A stretch of DNA of 64,000 nt, taken from the NCBI GenBank assembly GCA_030141605.1, contig JAQGDQ010000119.1:173652-237651 (forward strand). The letters are read 5' to 3'. The notes beneath the pieces are model-generated. The model was not told the DNA's origin, ran no database searches, and saw only the letters and a list, made by a program, of their open reading frames with translations. The stretch comes from Tubiluchus corallicola. Lineage: Eukaryota > Animalia > Priapulida. This document shows positions 25,301-33,626 of this stretch, one piece after another. Each line of letters begins with the position of its first letter. The stretch's first letter is position 1. The position numbers were made by a program, and so were the translations under genes.

Positions 25301-25955
25301 CAAACTCACAGACCAAAAAACACATGCACCTGTGACCGACTACTGAGGAACGGATAAATAGCTATAGATCATGATTTCTTACGCAAGAGCCTGTTACATC
25401 AGCACTAGATCCTACATACACTCTCATTTCAAGAATCATCAGAATAAGCTCAGAAGTCCAGAGCTCTAAAAACGTACCTTTTCTGCTTTCACTTGATCTG
25501 GAGGTAGATCAGTAGGCATTATTTCAGTGGACAGTGCATACTGGGCCTCCGCCCACATCTTGTTGTATAAACTAGAAAAAAACATTTTTATAAAAGCCTT
25601 AAAAAATATATTAAAAATTAGAAGAATACAAAACTTAAATTTTTATGAGTTCTTATTTTTAGTCACACACGACTTATTACGTAATTTATGTAATTACTCA
25701 GCGACATTGTCAATTTGAGTGTAATCAGTAACTTAGCTCCAGAACTTAGTAACTTAAAAGTGGGGCCACAATATAAGCATTAAGAATACAATGAAACAAC
25801 AATCATCCATGGACACATTACTTTATCTTTGTCAAGGAATTTTTCAGGTAGGCCAGTAGTATTAATGATAACTTACACTGAGTGAGTAACACAGTGAGTG
25901 ATAAAAAAATTGGTGTAAATTGAAAGCAAAGGCAATTTAATTACCTATGAGACAT
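1353..25955 (-). CDS. IQCA1: IQ motif and AAA domain-containing protein 1 / dynein regulatory complex subunit 11, 17 coding exons, ~838 aa
   Basis: Hand-spliced exons, all GT-AG and phase-consistent (2517 nt): 25945-25955, 25478-25571, 22488-22724, 20734-20853, 19127-19327, 18380-18660, 16310-16418, 15327-15501, 13756-13904, 11047-11177, 10536-10726, 8554-8753, 7468-7551, 6197-6374, 4216-4337, 2789-2905, 1353-1469. Translation MSHSLYNKMW...[10 protein letters not shown]...[10 protein letters not shown]...IQKMWKGF (IQ motif)...[12 protein letters not shown]...GPKGVGK (Walker A)...PRPDYATR...[11 protein letters not shown] follows the recalled human IQCA1 sequence end to end. Confidence 0.96.
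1538..1752 (+). mobile_element. hAT MITE family B
   Basis: TIR CAGGGGCG / CGCCCCTG, TSD ggcgccaa/ggtgccat; its ends are shared with 58593-59017. Confidence 0.78.
3500..4097 (+). mobile_element. TTAA-flanked MITE family E (Kolobok-like)
   Basis: TTAA|AGCAAAACCGGACC...GTTTTCCT|TTAA; other copies at about 281-790 and 51979-52598. Confidence 0.78.
4466..4851 (+). mobile_element. hAT-type MITE, family A (TTCGAA-rich)
   Basis: TIRs TAGGGGTGAGCAT / ATGTTCGCCCCTA with a perfect 8-bp TSD GACGTAAG on both sides. Confidence 0.9.
4975..5160 (-). mobile_element. tRNA-derived SINE
   Basis: Minus strand TGGCTGAGTGA...CTGGGTTCAAATCCCA head followed by a short body. Confidence 0.55.
5306..6088. mobile_element. 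pogo/Tigger-like non-autonomous element
   Basis: TA|CAGTAGGCACCGCTTAATAGAC...GTCTAGTGAATGGCGCCCCCTG|TA degenerate TIRs. Confidence 0.6.
8865..9544 (+). mobile_element. pogo/Tigger-like MITE family G copy
   Basis: TA|CAGTAAATCCC...GGACTTACTG|TA; colinear with 11481-12196. Confidence 0.85.
9940..10360. repeat. Degenerate (ACTG/GGTT)n low-complexity tract
   Basis: Recurrent gactgactg/ttggttgg tetramers. Confidence 0.6.
10838..10935. repeat. (GA)n purine microsatellite
   Basis: Visible GA run. Confidence 0.9.
11315..11331 (+). promoter_or_regulatory. CTCF-like motif (TCACTAGGTGGCAGCAC)
   Basis: Close match to the CTCF core in an AT-rich intron. Confidence 0.35.
11481..12196 (+). mobile_element. 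Tc1/mariner (pogo/Tigger-like) MITE family G
   Basis: TA|CAGTAAGTCCTCGCTTAACGA...TCGTTAAGCGAGGACTTACTG|TA perfect TIR with TA TSD. Confidence 0.9.
13067..13682 (+). mobile_element. piggyBac-like MITE family F
   Basis: TTAA|CCCTTTGACTA...TAGTGACAGGG|CTAA; homologous to 23499-24095 and about 27975-28434. Confidence 0.8.
14768..15299 (-). mobile_element. Kolobok-like MITE family D copy
   Basis: Reverse-complement homology to 36624-37166; explains the paralogous spurious ORFs 14944-15153 and 36778-36978. Confidence 0.82.
16572..17177. mobile_element. Nested MITE with ACTCCTTCAGGACC / GGTCCTGAAGGAGT TIRs (piggyBac-like)
   Basis: 14-bp perfect inverted repeat with degenerate TTAA-like flanks. 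Confidence 0.6.
17311..18140. repeat. Higher-order tandem array of 28-bp and 35-bp units sharing the core CAAGATCTGGGCTATATCAA
   Basis: About 25 cores with tails acatgtaa/acatataa/acacgtaa/gatgggactgtcttt that recur as a 119-bp super-unit; two inverted units at 17311-17368. Confidence 0.95.
18884..18960 (-). mobile_element. tRNA-derived SINE head (degenerate)
   Basis: The minus strand has TTGCTCAAATGG (A-box-like) and CTGGGTTCAAA (B-box-like); similar to 25069-25141. Confidence 0.5.
19463..20271. repeat. 15-bp minisatellite (TTGTTCTTGT(A/G)GCA(C/T))n, ~54 units
   Basis: Directly visible periodicity; explains all the overlapping repetitive ORFs at 19373-20339. Confidence 0.95.
20557..20620. 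repeat. (CAA/CAG)n trinucleotide microsatellite
   Basis: Visible run in IQCA1 intron 4. Confidence 0.9.
20895..21478. repeat. 93-94-bp tandem repeat, 6 units plus a partial unit
   Basis: Units start at 20895, 20988, 21082, 21176, 21270, 21364 and 21458 (caaccagggctgtctcgtttaa...aaacctacttcaggtacc...). Confidence 0.95.
22772..24180. mobile_element. pogo/Tigger-like non-autonomous element hosting a nested piggyBac-like MITE
   Basis: TA|CAATCAAACCTC...GAGGTTTAACTG|TA termini. Confidence 0.62.
23499..24095 (-). mobile_element. piggyBac-like MITE family F copy
   Basis: TTAA|CCCTTTCACTACG...CGTAGTGAAAGGG|TTAA perfect TIR and TSD. Confidence 0.88.
24300..24697 (+). mobile_element. hAT MITE family A copy
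   Basis: Homologous to 4466-4851; degenerate TSD atttccag/attttaag. Confidence 0.82.
25069..25141 (-). pseudogene. tRNA-Thr(TGT)-like sequence; probable tRNA pseudogene or SINE head
   Basis: GAGCCAGTAGCTCAAATGCTAGAGCAACTGCCT-TGT-AAGCAGGAAGGTTCTGGGTTGGAATCCTGATTGGTCC. A-box and anticodon arm are recognisable, but the T-loop reads TTG instead of TTC and the stems have mismatches. A degenerate sister copy lies at about 24855-24930. Confidence 0.6.
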
Positions 25956-27049
25956 CTTGACAAAAAATCACTGCGCTATCACTACTCGAAGTTTTACGCT
26001 GACAAGCTTCCCAATTATTTGGCGTCTCTTAAGTTGCTCTAACTTTTTTTATTTTATACACGTCAAAGTTTGTTATACAATTCACCCAACATTTCTGCTC
26101 TGTCACTAAGGACGCGTAGCGCAGGACGTCATACCGCTAACGTTATTTCGAAACAGCTGAGCATTAGCTAGGCACTGGGCAGCTGGGCAGTCGGAAAAAT
26201 TACTGAGCGCAGCCTGCGAAAATTATTATAATTATCTATTGTAACGTACTATAGTTAGCTATGGGCTTGAGAAGCTTTTTCAAGGTAGCAGAATTTGGAA
26301 TTTTAGGTAGCTGTAGCAATCTATATTAGTGCTTTTTCTCACTATGATGAACCCTGCGCGCGCTTTAATACTGTGTTGGCAGAGACTCAGATCTCTGTAA
26401 ACTTTGCACGATCGTCTGCAACATTCGAAGATTTCTCCTACTGTGCATTCTGTGTAGTTCTGAATCAGATAAAAATTTCTTAAAAATTAATAATTTCATC
26501 ATTCCAAATTTTAGATAATTATACTGCGCACAAATTAGCGACTCACCTCTAGGTTTAAGTTTTAAGCACTAGCTTAGTGGTTGACTTTGGTAACTTTTAG
26601 TTTTTCGCCACCCTTTCACCAATCACTTGAATATCATTAACTCAGATAATTTATTCGTTTAATAATTTTATCAATTTGTATCATGTTATTGTTTCATGCT
26701 CTGTGTTTTTCTTGTAAAAAATGTGATTAAAATAAAGATACTATACTAGCTCTAGTTATAAGCAACTTTCCTAAACCAACATAGAAAAGGGTTATTCTGA
26801 TATACCAGATAGTACTGCAATTCAAACTCAAGGTGATTCTTGGAAAAACTTTGTTTAAATTTATCCCACCATGTGTCACAAAAGAAAAGTGTGGCTCGGG
26901 GACACTTACAGTAGAGGGGTTAACTATAAATGGCCGCTTTTTACCCCTCCAGTCTTCTCTGGGTGCTTTATTTGTGTTAAATATTCTAGTTAGGTGGTCG
27001 TGCTAACTATATGACAGAAGATAGTGTGTTCTTTGTATGATGGATAATG

Positions 27050-27760
27050 TCAGGTTCCCTCAAAAATCCAAGCGTCTTCCTGCCATTGCGCAAGTCTAGG
27101 ATGAATGTATTTCTCTGGATGATTGGCCCAGAGTCGATCTAATCGAGCTCTAAATTGAGAAACCGAAGAAGCATTCTCTACATACTCAGGAAGCTTGTGC
27201 TATGTATTTACAACTTAGCAGCAAAGAAATTTTATCTTCTTTATTTAGTCTGTATTTATAAAGATGTTTTTGCAGTTAGCATTACTACGTAGTATTCTAG
27301 CTTTCAGAACTTGGCATTTCTGGCCTAGGTGACATAGTTTTACTTTAATGAGTGCCATATGAGTACTCTTTATTGCTGTAATCTCTGAGACCTCCAAAAT
27401 TTGGACATTCACTCCTAGATTATTTTTTATCCAATTTTCGAGCCAAAGTTCATGATTGCCACGTTTCATGCCCTGAATTATTACGTTGCTTTTCGTACGT
27501 TTCTTATCTTGAGTCTCCTCCCAGTCAGTAAACAATTCATCTCTTTCATGTGGGGAATTTCTTCTCCATTTACCTTTTTCCTTATGACTTACAAGAGTAA
27601 ACATCGTACAGCAATGTCAGTGAGCAGACGATTCAGAACTGTTTTAGTCACGCACAACAAATTTTCAATGTTTTTATAATTACAAGAACTTTGTGGGCCA
27701 ACTTGTTCATGAGAAAATGAAGCAGCAGACTTTGAAGAAATTTTTGTCATTTTTTACGAA
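27050..27760 (-). mobile_element. CR1-group LINE remnant: ORF1-like region plus ORF2 C-terminal tail
   Basis: ORF 27245-27604 (NVIIQGM...IKVKL...VLKARILR...IFINTD) resembles LINE ORF1 RRM-type proteins; 27130-27200 encodes LPEYVENASSVSQFRARLDRLW, the CR1 ORF2 end motif. Confidence 0.6.
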
Positions 27761-27974
27761 TAAACAGACAGAAAAGTCTGTGATTTAGAAAAGTGAACTT
27801 TTAATTTATTGCTAATTCACTTACATAAATTAATATTTTAAAATATTTTTTCTAATTTTTAACTGCACAAAGCAATTTAGGCATTTCTTCATTTCTAGAA
27901 TTCATTAAAAACCTTTGCAGTGCATAATAAGCTGATTAGTCATACTCCTATACGTGTAATACTACACCCATCGG

Positions 27975-28434
27975 GCCTACTGTAGATGCTTTGTAACAAG
28001 GCTGTGTTGCCTATCGCACTTTTGACAATAACGTTTAGTGGTGTGTTACTAAAACAGAATCTTGTAAATAAACAAATAGCCATTTGTTATTAAACACTAA
28101 CATTGCATATTAGTTTTATTTATACACATTCACACACATTTGCACACACATATATGCACTCATACATGCATGCATGCCCCCTTCACCACACAAAAAAGCA
28201 TACTTGCTTATATTTAGAAGCCAATTTACACAAAAGTCCATATTACTAATCCATAATATGCAATTATTTTGTAAGAATGCAGAGCAAGTGACTAAACACG
28301 TTTCACCAACTGTCAACAAGCAATTTTGTTTGAGACCTGGGTAACTGCGCTTAATGCTGAGCTCGGACGACAGTCTGCTGCCTTCCGCTCTTCACAAGCA
28401 GGGCGGCAGTATACCACCTTCCGTAGTGAAAGGG
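27975..28434 (-). mobile_element. piggyBac-like MITE family F copy
   Basis: Body matches 23499-24095; right end CGTAGTGAAAGGG|TTAA; left end degenerate. Confidence 0.78.
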
Positions 28435-28865
28435 TTAAACAAGGTTAAGCTATGCTCCCTAACAAAAGAAAACCAATGAACAGACTACACATCCGTTAAT
28501 AGCTATTTTATATTGGAAGTAAAAATATATGTAATGAATAGTATGAAACCCGCTTCATACAAAAAAATGTTTTGGTACCGTGTATTAACAGGACTTGACT
28601 GTACGTGGATTTGTAATACAGTATAATTGACTGATCACGGTACCTTTTCTATGTGAGTACACAGTTGATTTGTGCACACTGATAATTAATGTGATAGTAC
28701 AACAGCCCACACAGCTAATTTGAAGTACAAATTGCACTACACAAAAATCTCTGACATCTAACTACTGGCAAATAGATACAGAATATAAAGTTTTCTGAAA
28801 AATGCCTAATATAGTAGCTAATCATTAAAATGGTTTAATCATTTATCATTGTAGCTAAATCAGAT

Positions 28866-28882
28866 TTCGCCCCCTAGTGCTA
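28866..28882 (-). promoter_or_regulatory. CTCF-like motif (GCACTAGGGGGCGA)
   Basis: Close match to the CCASYAGRKGGCR core, about 50 bp before the MIURF exon acceptor. Confidence 0.35.
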
Positions 28883-28944
28883 TTAAATCATTTTAAATTT
28901 CGTTAAACCAAACTAGTTTAATTCATTTTTTAGAATGTGACATA

Positions 28945-29148
28945 ATGTTGTCCTCTCGGCAGAGGGTTTTGCAGCTCTACAAAATTTTACTGCGTCGAGG
29001 GGATCACCTTCGTTTCACAGACAAGGAATATTATCGCATCAGAGTACGTGAGCAGTTCCAGCTAAACAAAAATGTAACAAACGATGAACAGATCACCTTA
29101 GCATTGGAAAAGGGACAGACATTTCTCAAAAGAAATTGCATCGTGTAG
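28945..29148 (+). CDS. MIURF: LYR-motif mitochondrial microprotein, AltMIEF1/AltMiD51 (MIEF1 upstream ORF protein)-like; mitoribosome and complex I assembly factor
   Basis: 67-aa ORF MLSSRQRVLQLYKILLRRGDHLRFTDKEYYRIRVREQFQLNK...LEKGQTFL aligns colinearly with recalled human AltMiD51 ([39 protein letters not shown]...LEKGLVFL). It has an LYK (LYR) motif and the downstream conserved Phe. A splice acceptor ttttttag ends at 28933. Confidence 0.88.
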   Translation: MLSSRQRVLQLYKILLRRGDHLRFTDKEYYRIRVREQFQLNKNVTNDEQITLALEKGQTFLKRNCIV

Positions 29149-29316
29149 AATTCCTTGACTTGCTCGTGAGCCTGTGAGATTCCTATTCAAATATGAAACG
29201 ATGTGTAATGCTTTGAAGAACGGTATTTGTTATGTTCCTGTGGAAAGTTAAATGTTTGTAAACATATTTGCTTTAATTCACCACGGAACTGTAAAGGTGA
29301 CAACAAGAGGACAGTG

Positions 29317-30339
29317 ATGTTCGAAGCCTCACCTGAATCTATTTCTGACGAAGCCGTGCAACCAGATGCCACTGTTGAGGTCAAACAAGAGATTACAGTC
29401 AAGGAAGAGGAAGAATTGTGTGACTGTGATCACTCAGCTTTGCGAAGTTGCGTTGAATGCATTCGCTCCGTTAAGAAGCCGCTGAAGGTTTACCACAAGA
29501 AGCAATTGCTGCAATCAAACTACGAAACCTTGACATTCTGCCAGAGTGAAGATTGGCTGAAAGCCAGAATAGTACATATGGGCAGAGCGTGTCAAAAGCC
29601 GTGTGAACATGCGAGTGAGCTGCAAGCTGAGAAAAGTGAAATTGACATTGATGATGATGTAGTTCATGTGAATAAAGAAGCCCTTTTGAGGTGGCTGTGT
29701 GAGGATCCCTTTAGCAATCTTACAGATGTGTCAACCATTCCGGAGCAAGAAGCCTTACGCTTAAACGACAAGGGCGGAAAATGGAAAAAGTCGCTCTTTA
29801 AGGTTTTAAAATTAAAGCAACCCGCTTTTTTGTGCATAACGTGTTCGTCTACTTTTCCTACGCGGGACGAGCTGGCGATACACCAACGCCACCATACAGA
29901 AAAGAGGTACTTATGTCAACACTGTGGCTTGAAAATTCGAACTCGTAGTGGACTGAATCATCATTTAAAGACTCACTCTGAGGAGCGTCCTTTCGGGTGC
30001 CGCTTCTGTGAGAAGTCGTTCAACTTGCGTGACCGATTGAAACACCACGAACGTATGCACACAGGCGACCGGCCGTTCCGTTGCGAGCAATGCAACGCCG
30101 CATTTGCCAGGCCTTCCGGTCTGTGGCGACATAACCTGAGGCACACGGGGGTGAAGGCACATCGTTGCCATCAGTGCGGCGCAGAGTTCAATCAAGGAGG
30201 AAACTTGAAAGTTCACATGAAAATCCACACGGGCGAAAAGCCATTTCATTGTGAGCTCTGCGGTTTGCAATTCGCTTGGAAAAACATGTTGAAGAAACAT
30301 ATGGAAACTTGTTGCGGAACTAAGGCAGTTCTACAGTGA
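29317..30339 (+). CDS. C2H2 (Kruppel-type) zinc-finger protein, 6 fingers, ~340 aa
   Basis: The ORF is open from 29227 and its first in-frame ATG is at 29317. It has five C2H2 fingers plus a terminal C2HC finger, with linkers HSEERPF, HTGDRPF, HTGVKAH and HTGEKPF, and an acidic N-terminal region. The start codon is uncertain. Confidence 0.9.
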   Translation: MFEASPESISDEAVQPDATVEVKQEITVKEEEELCDCDHSALRSCVECIRSVKKPLKVYHKKQLLQSNYETLTFCQSEDWLKARIVHMGRACQKPCEHASELQAEKSEIDIDDDVVHVNKEALLRWLCEDPFSNLTDVSTIPEQEALRLNDKGGKWKKSLFKVLKLKQPAFLCITCSSTFPTRDELAIHQRHHTEKRYLCQHCGLKIRTRSGLNHHLKTHSEERPFGCRFCEKSFNLRDRLKHHERMHTGDRPFRCEQCNAAFARPSGLWRHNLRHTGVKAHRCHQCGAEFNQGGNLKVHMKIHTGEKPFHCELCGLQFAWKNMLKKHMETCCGTKAVLQ

Positions 30340-32099
30340 CCTCACGTTTAGGTGTTAGCCGCTACCATCTTGTAAACTTATGTATGTTGTCATTTTCAAA
30401 CCTGCTGTTGAAATTTTGTTTCATTTTTTCAAATTACTCTTCTCAAGTTATAGGAATTTATAGTTAGTATGCCAGTCATGATAAAAAACGACGTGTCACT
30501 GAATTTTAGAATCTTTGATGCTACGACAAACTGTTACTGTAACGGTTTTATTCAAGTTTTTAAATCCATGTTTGCTTTGTTATTGGAACTTCAGTAAACT
30601 CCTCATAACTCAAAATTGCATAACTTGAATTTTTGCGTAACTCAAAGAATTTCAGCGGAACATATGAAATTTTTCATTTTCCACACAAAAAACATCGCTC
30701 AACTCAAAATTTCGCCTAACTCGAATAAAAAATATGGTCTATTTAATAAAAATACATGCAATTTACTTCGCCTAACTGAAAAATACAGTTTATGCTCTAG
30801 AAAAGTTTTGTACAACTGAAAAACAGTATCGTTTTCTGTGAAAATTCTAATGTCTTACAAGTTGTGCCCCCCCCCCAGTAATTTTCTTCGGAAGTTAAAT
30901 TTCTGGGAAAGTCTCAGTCGGCTACTACATATTTCTCATAGTTCAGTACTCTCGAAATCTCGTTTTTCACTACATAATTTGTTATTCTTTAATTAATTGT
31001 CATCAAATCTCGTCATTTATGTATAGAAGGGTTGACTCTCTGTCTTCTATTTAGCTTGCCGTCCCGGAGAAGGGGTTTAGAGTTTCTATTCTGAAAAATG
31101 GTCAACATCGCATTCAAATTTTTTTCGGTCCTGTTAGATTTGAGTTTTGCAGAGTTTACTGTATAATTATCTGCATTCTGCCTTGGCATTAAAGTTTTGC
31201 ACGTACTACTCGGTTCTTTCTGGATGTATTTTTTATCGTTTATATGCGAGGAACTGGAAAAATCAGATTTAATGAATCGTTGCATCAGACCAAACTATGT
31301 TGCTTTGTACATGTACATACATGCACAAAGATTAAAATATATGTTCTTCAGTAAGAAATAGTTTTTGCGTTTTATTTTCGAAATCATGCACACGCATCAT
31401 TTCGTCTGTACACATTCAGCACTACACGCTTATCGTGCTGGAAGCCAGACACAACCAACCAAGGCGGCATAACTAATTGAAAATTTAAACCAATCAATCC
31501 AGAACATCCTCCCCTCTGAAAGTCGGATAACGGAATAAACTTGAAATGATTTTCGCATTATGTTAAATTTAGCAAATAAGCAAACACAAATTGTAACTTC
31601 ACTTTGTTACAACAGCCAACAAACTTTAGCTAAGCAACTTTGAGGCGATAAGTTTGAACACATAATTCAACAATAGCCAAAAGAAATCCAAAGGTATTTT
31701 AACTCAAACAGTGGAATCCTGACAGCATTCATCAAACTGATGAAATTCAAACATAGTACCATTTTGGTCAATAGAATAGCAGGTAAATTTTCACTGATTT
31801 TTAATGAACATGTAATTCGCTATACTATACTCAAGAAATTGCACAGCATTGGCAGTTTTCATCAAGAAACAATAGATACAATTATCACGCAAAAAACCGA
31901 AAAATGCATTATGCTGAATAAGTAGCTAACTAAAGGTTCTCACTGTGCTAAAAAAACCATGTAAGTGTCACTACATCAGTTCAAGTGAATAGTAAAATAA
32001 TGTAATTAACTTCAATAGACACTTGTGAATTAAATTTATCATCAATGACCAATTGTGAAAGTGCTACTTAGAACGTAAAAGGAGGGCATTTTCTATAAT

Positions 32100-32800
32100 A
32101 CCAAAACTAAGGGCGCATTTACACTTCGTTGCCAAAATTTGCTGGGCCATGGGGATCGCTATGTAATGAACCTCCACTCAATGCCCTTTGCCTTAGGAGA
32201 ACTTTGCAGTTTTCTAATGGTGTTGCGATCCAAAAAAAGTTTTGCTAAGAGCTCCGAAGATTTCTTAAAACCTTTGCATTTCTCAGAAATGATGACTGCA
32301 CATCGACCTCGATGATTCATCACTCTTTCAAGTGCATTCAAAAATACATCAGTGCTAAGGTTTTCACTAAGAGCGAGCATTCTCTACCAAAAAGCGAATT
32401 CGAATCAAATCGAATTTGTGACTTTCAAATTCGAATCGAACTGAATTTCGAATTTGAATTGAGTTTGGAAGATTTTTGAATGAGTTTTTGAACCAGTAGT
32501 ATGATGTTTCCACCATTTTAATGGTAAAGAACGTATGTGGCTCAAGTGCTGAATTATTCGAATTTATAATTTTAGGTTCGAATCGAAACCAAACTAAAAA
32601 AAATCGTTCAAATCGAATTCGAATCTCAAGATGAATTCCTCCTAAAGCCATACATGTAAACACTACAATATAGACTTTTAATTTACCATCAGTTATATAG
32701 TGGACCAGCAAATTCCACTCCAGTGTTAGAAATTGGCTGTGATACTCTTTCCAGTGGAGGCTGAACCATCTTCTGAGACATAGGACTACACTGTCTACAC
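32100..32800 (-). mobile_element. BEL/Pao LTR retrotransposon integrase remnant
   Basis: Frameshifted pieces SNTGVEFAGPLY, KVYIVVFTCMALGGIHLE, NLSTDVFLNALERVMNHRG...IIS...F...GIEWRFIT match the BEL/Pao integrase consensus (TGVDYAGP, LFTC..RAVHLE..DLST..FL.A..RF..RRG..IYSDN..I.W.F). Confidence 0.85.
32368..32625 (-). mobile_element. hAT MITE family A, truncated copy inserted in a BEL/Pao remnant
   Basis: Reverse-complement similarity to family A (gagcattctctacc... ttcgaa arrays); it interrupts integrase-like coding sequence. Confidence 0.75.
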
Positions 32801-33626
32801 ACACGACATTTATGAAGAATTATTTTCACCTCTTGATGACCACGACTTAGCCAGTATTTGATTCTCAAAATTGGCTATTGTGTGAGAAACACCATTAGCT
32901 GTCAGTGCACAGCTAGTGCTTCTTTTTGTATGCTTTCTAATTAATCTAATTCTGTTTTGGTGAGATTGGTCCAAGTCTCAGCATCATTGATTATTGATGG
33001 TATTAGTGTGTTTTCACACAGCATTAGCTAAACAGCTGTAACAATAGTCCAACTTTAAATGCATTACCAATGTTCTAAGATTGTAAATTTCATTTTATCT
33101 TTTCTTTTTTCAAATATGAGCTGACATCATTCATTGTTATCGCACATAGTGCCGGGTTCATTGGGGTGCCCTGCGTTACGATAAATTTGTTAATTTTGGT
33201 GTTAGCTTCACATTTGAGCTTGTAAATTAATAATGTGTCACAAGAATTAAATCCTAATTTCCATTATTATTGATAAATGCAAACTTGTAGCCATAGCTGT
33301 TGCTGCTGCAATAATATTATTATCCTATTCTTTTGGGCCTTCGTGTTGGTGGCGGTTATCATTAAATTTTGGAGAATAGGCATTTTTCGTAGGTGATTCG
33401 GCAGACGCAAAGGGCGTACCAACTTCGCTTTATTGTGCAAACCGTAGATTTGAGTTCCGAATTCGCAGTGACGAAAAGCTTAAAATGAAGGGCTGTATTT
33501 ACAATAAGCCTTGAACAGGCGTTTTACTGTATCGTTCTCGTATCGTATTTTTCATTGATGGCGGGAGTAAAGCTTATTTTACGTATTAATAATTACAGCT
33601 GCTTGTGTTGCTTTTATTAGGCAAAA

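Noticed and set aside
29146-29227. Stop-codon readthrough fusing MIURF to the zinc-finger ORF (same frame)
   Set aside because: Three further in-frame stops (TGA, TGA, TAA) lie between the ORFs.
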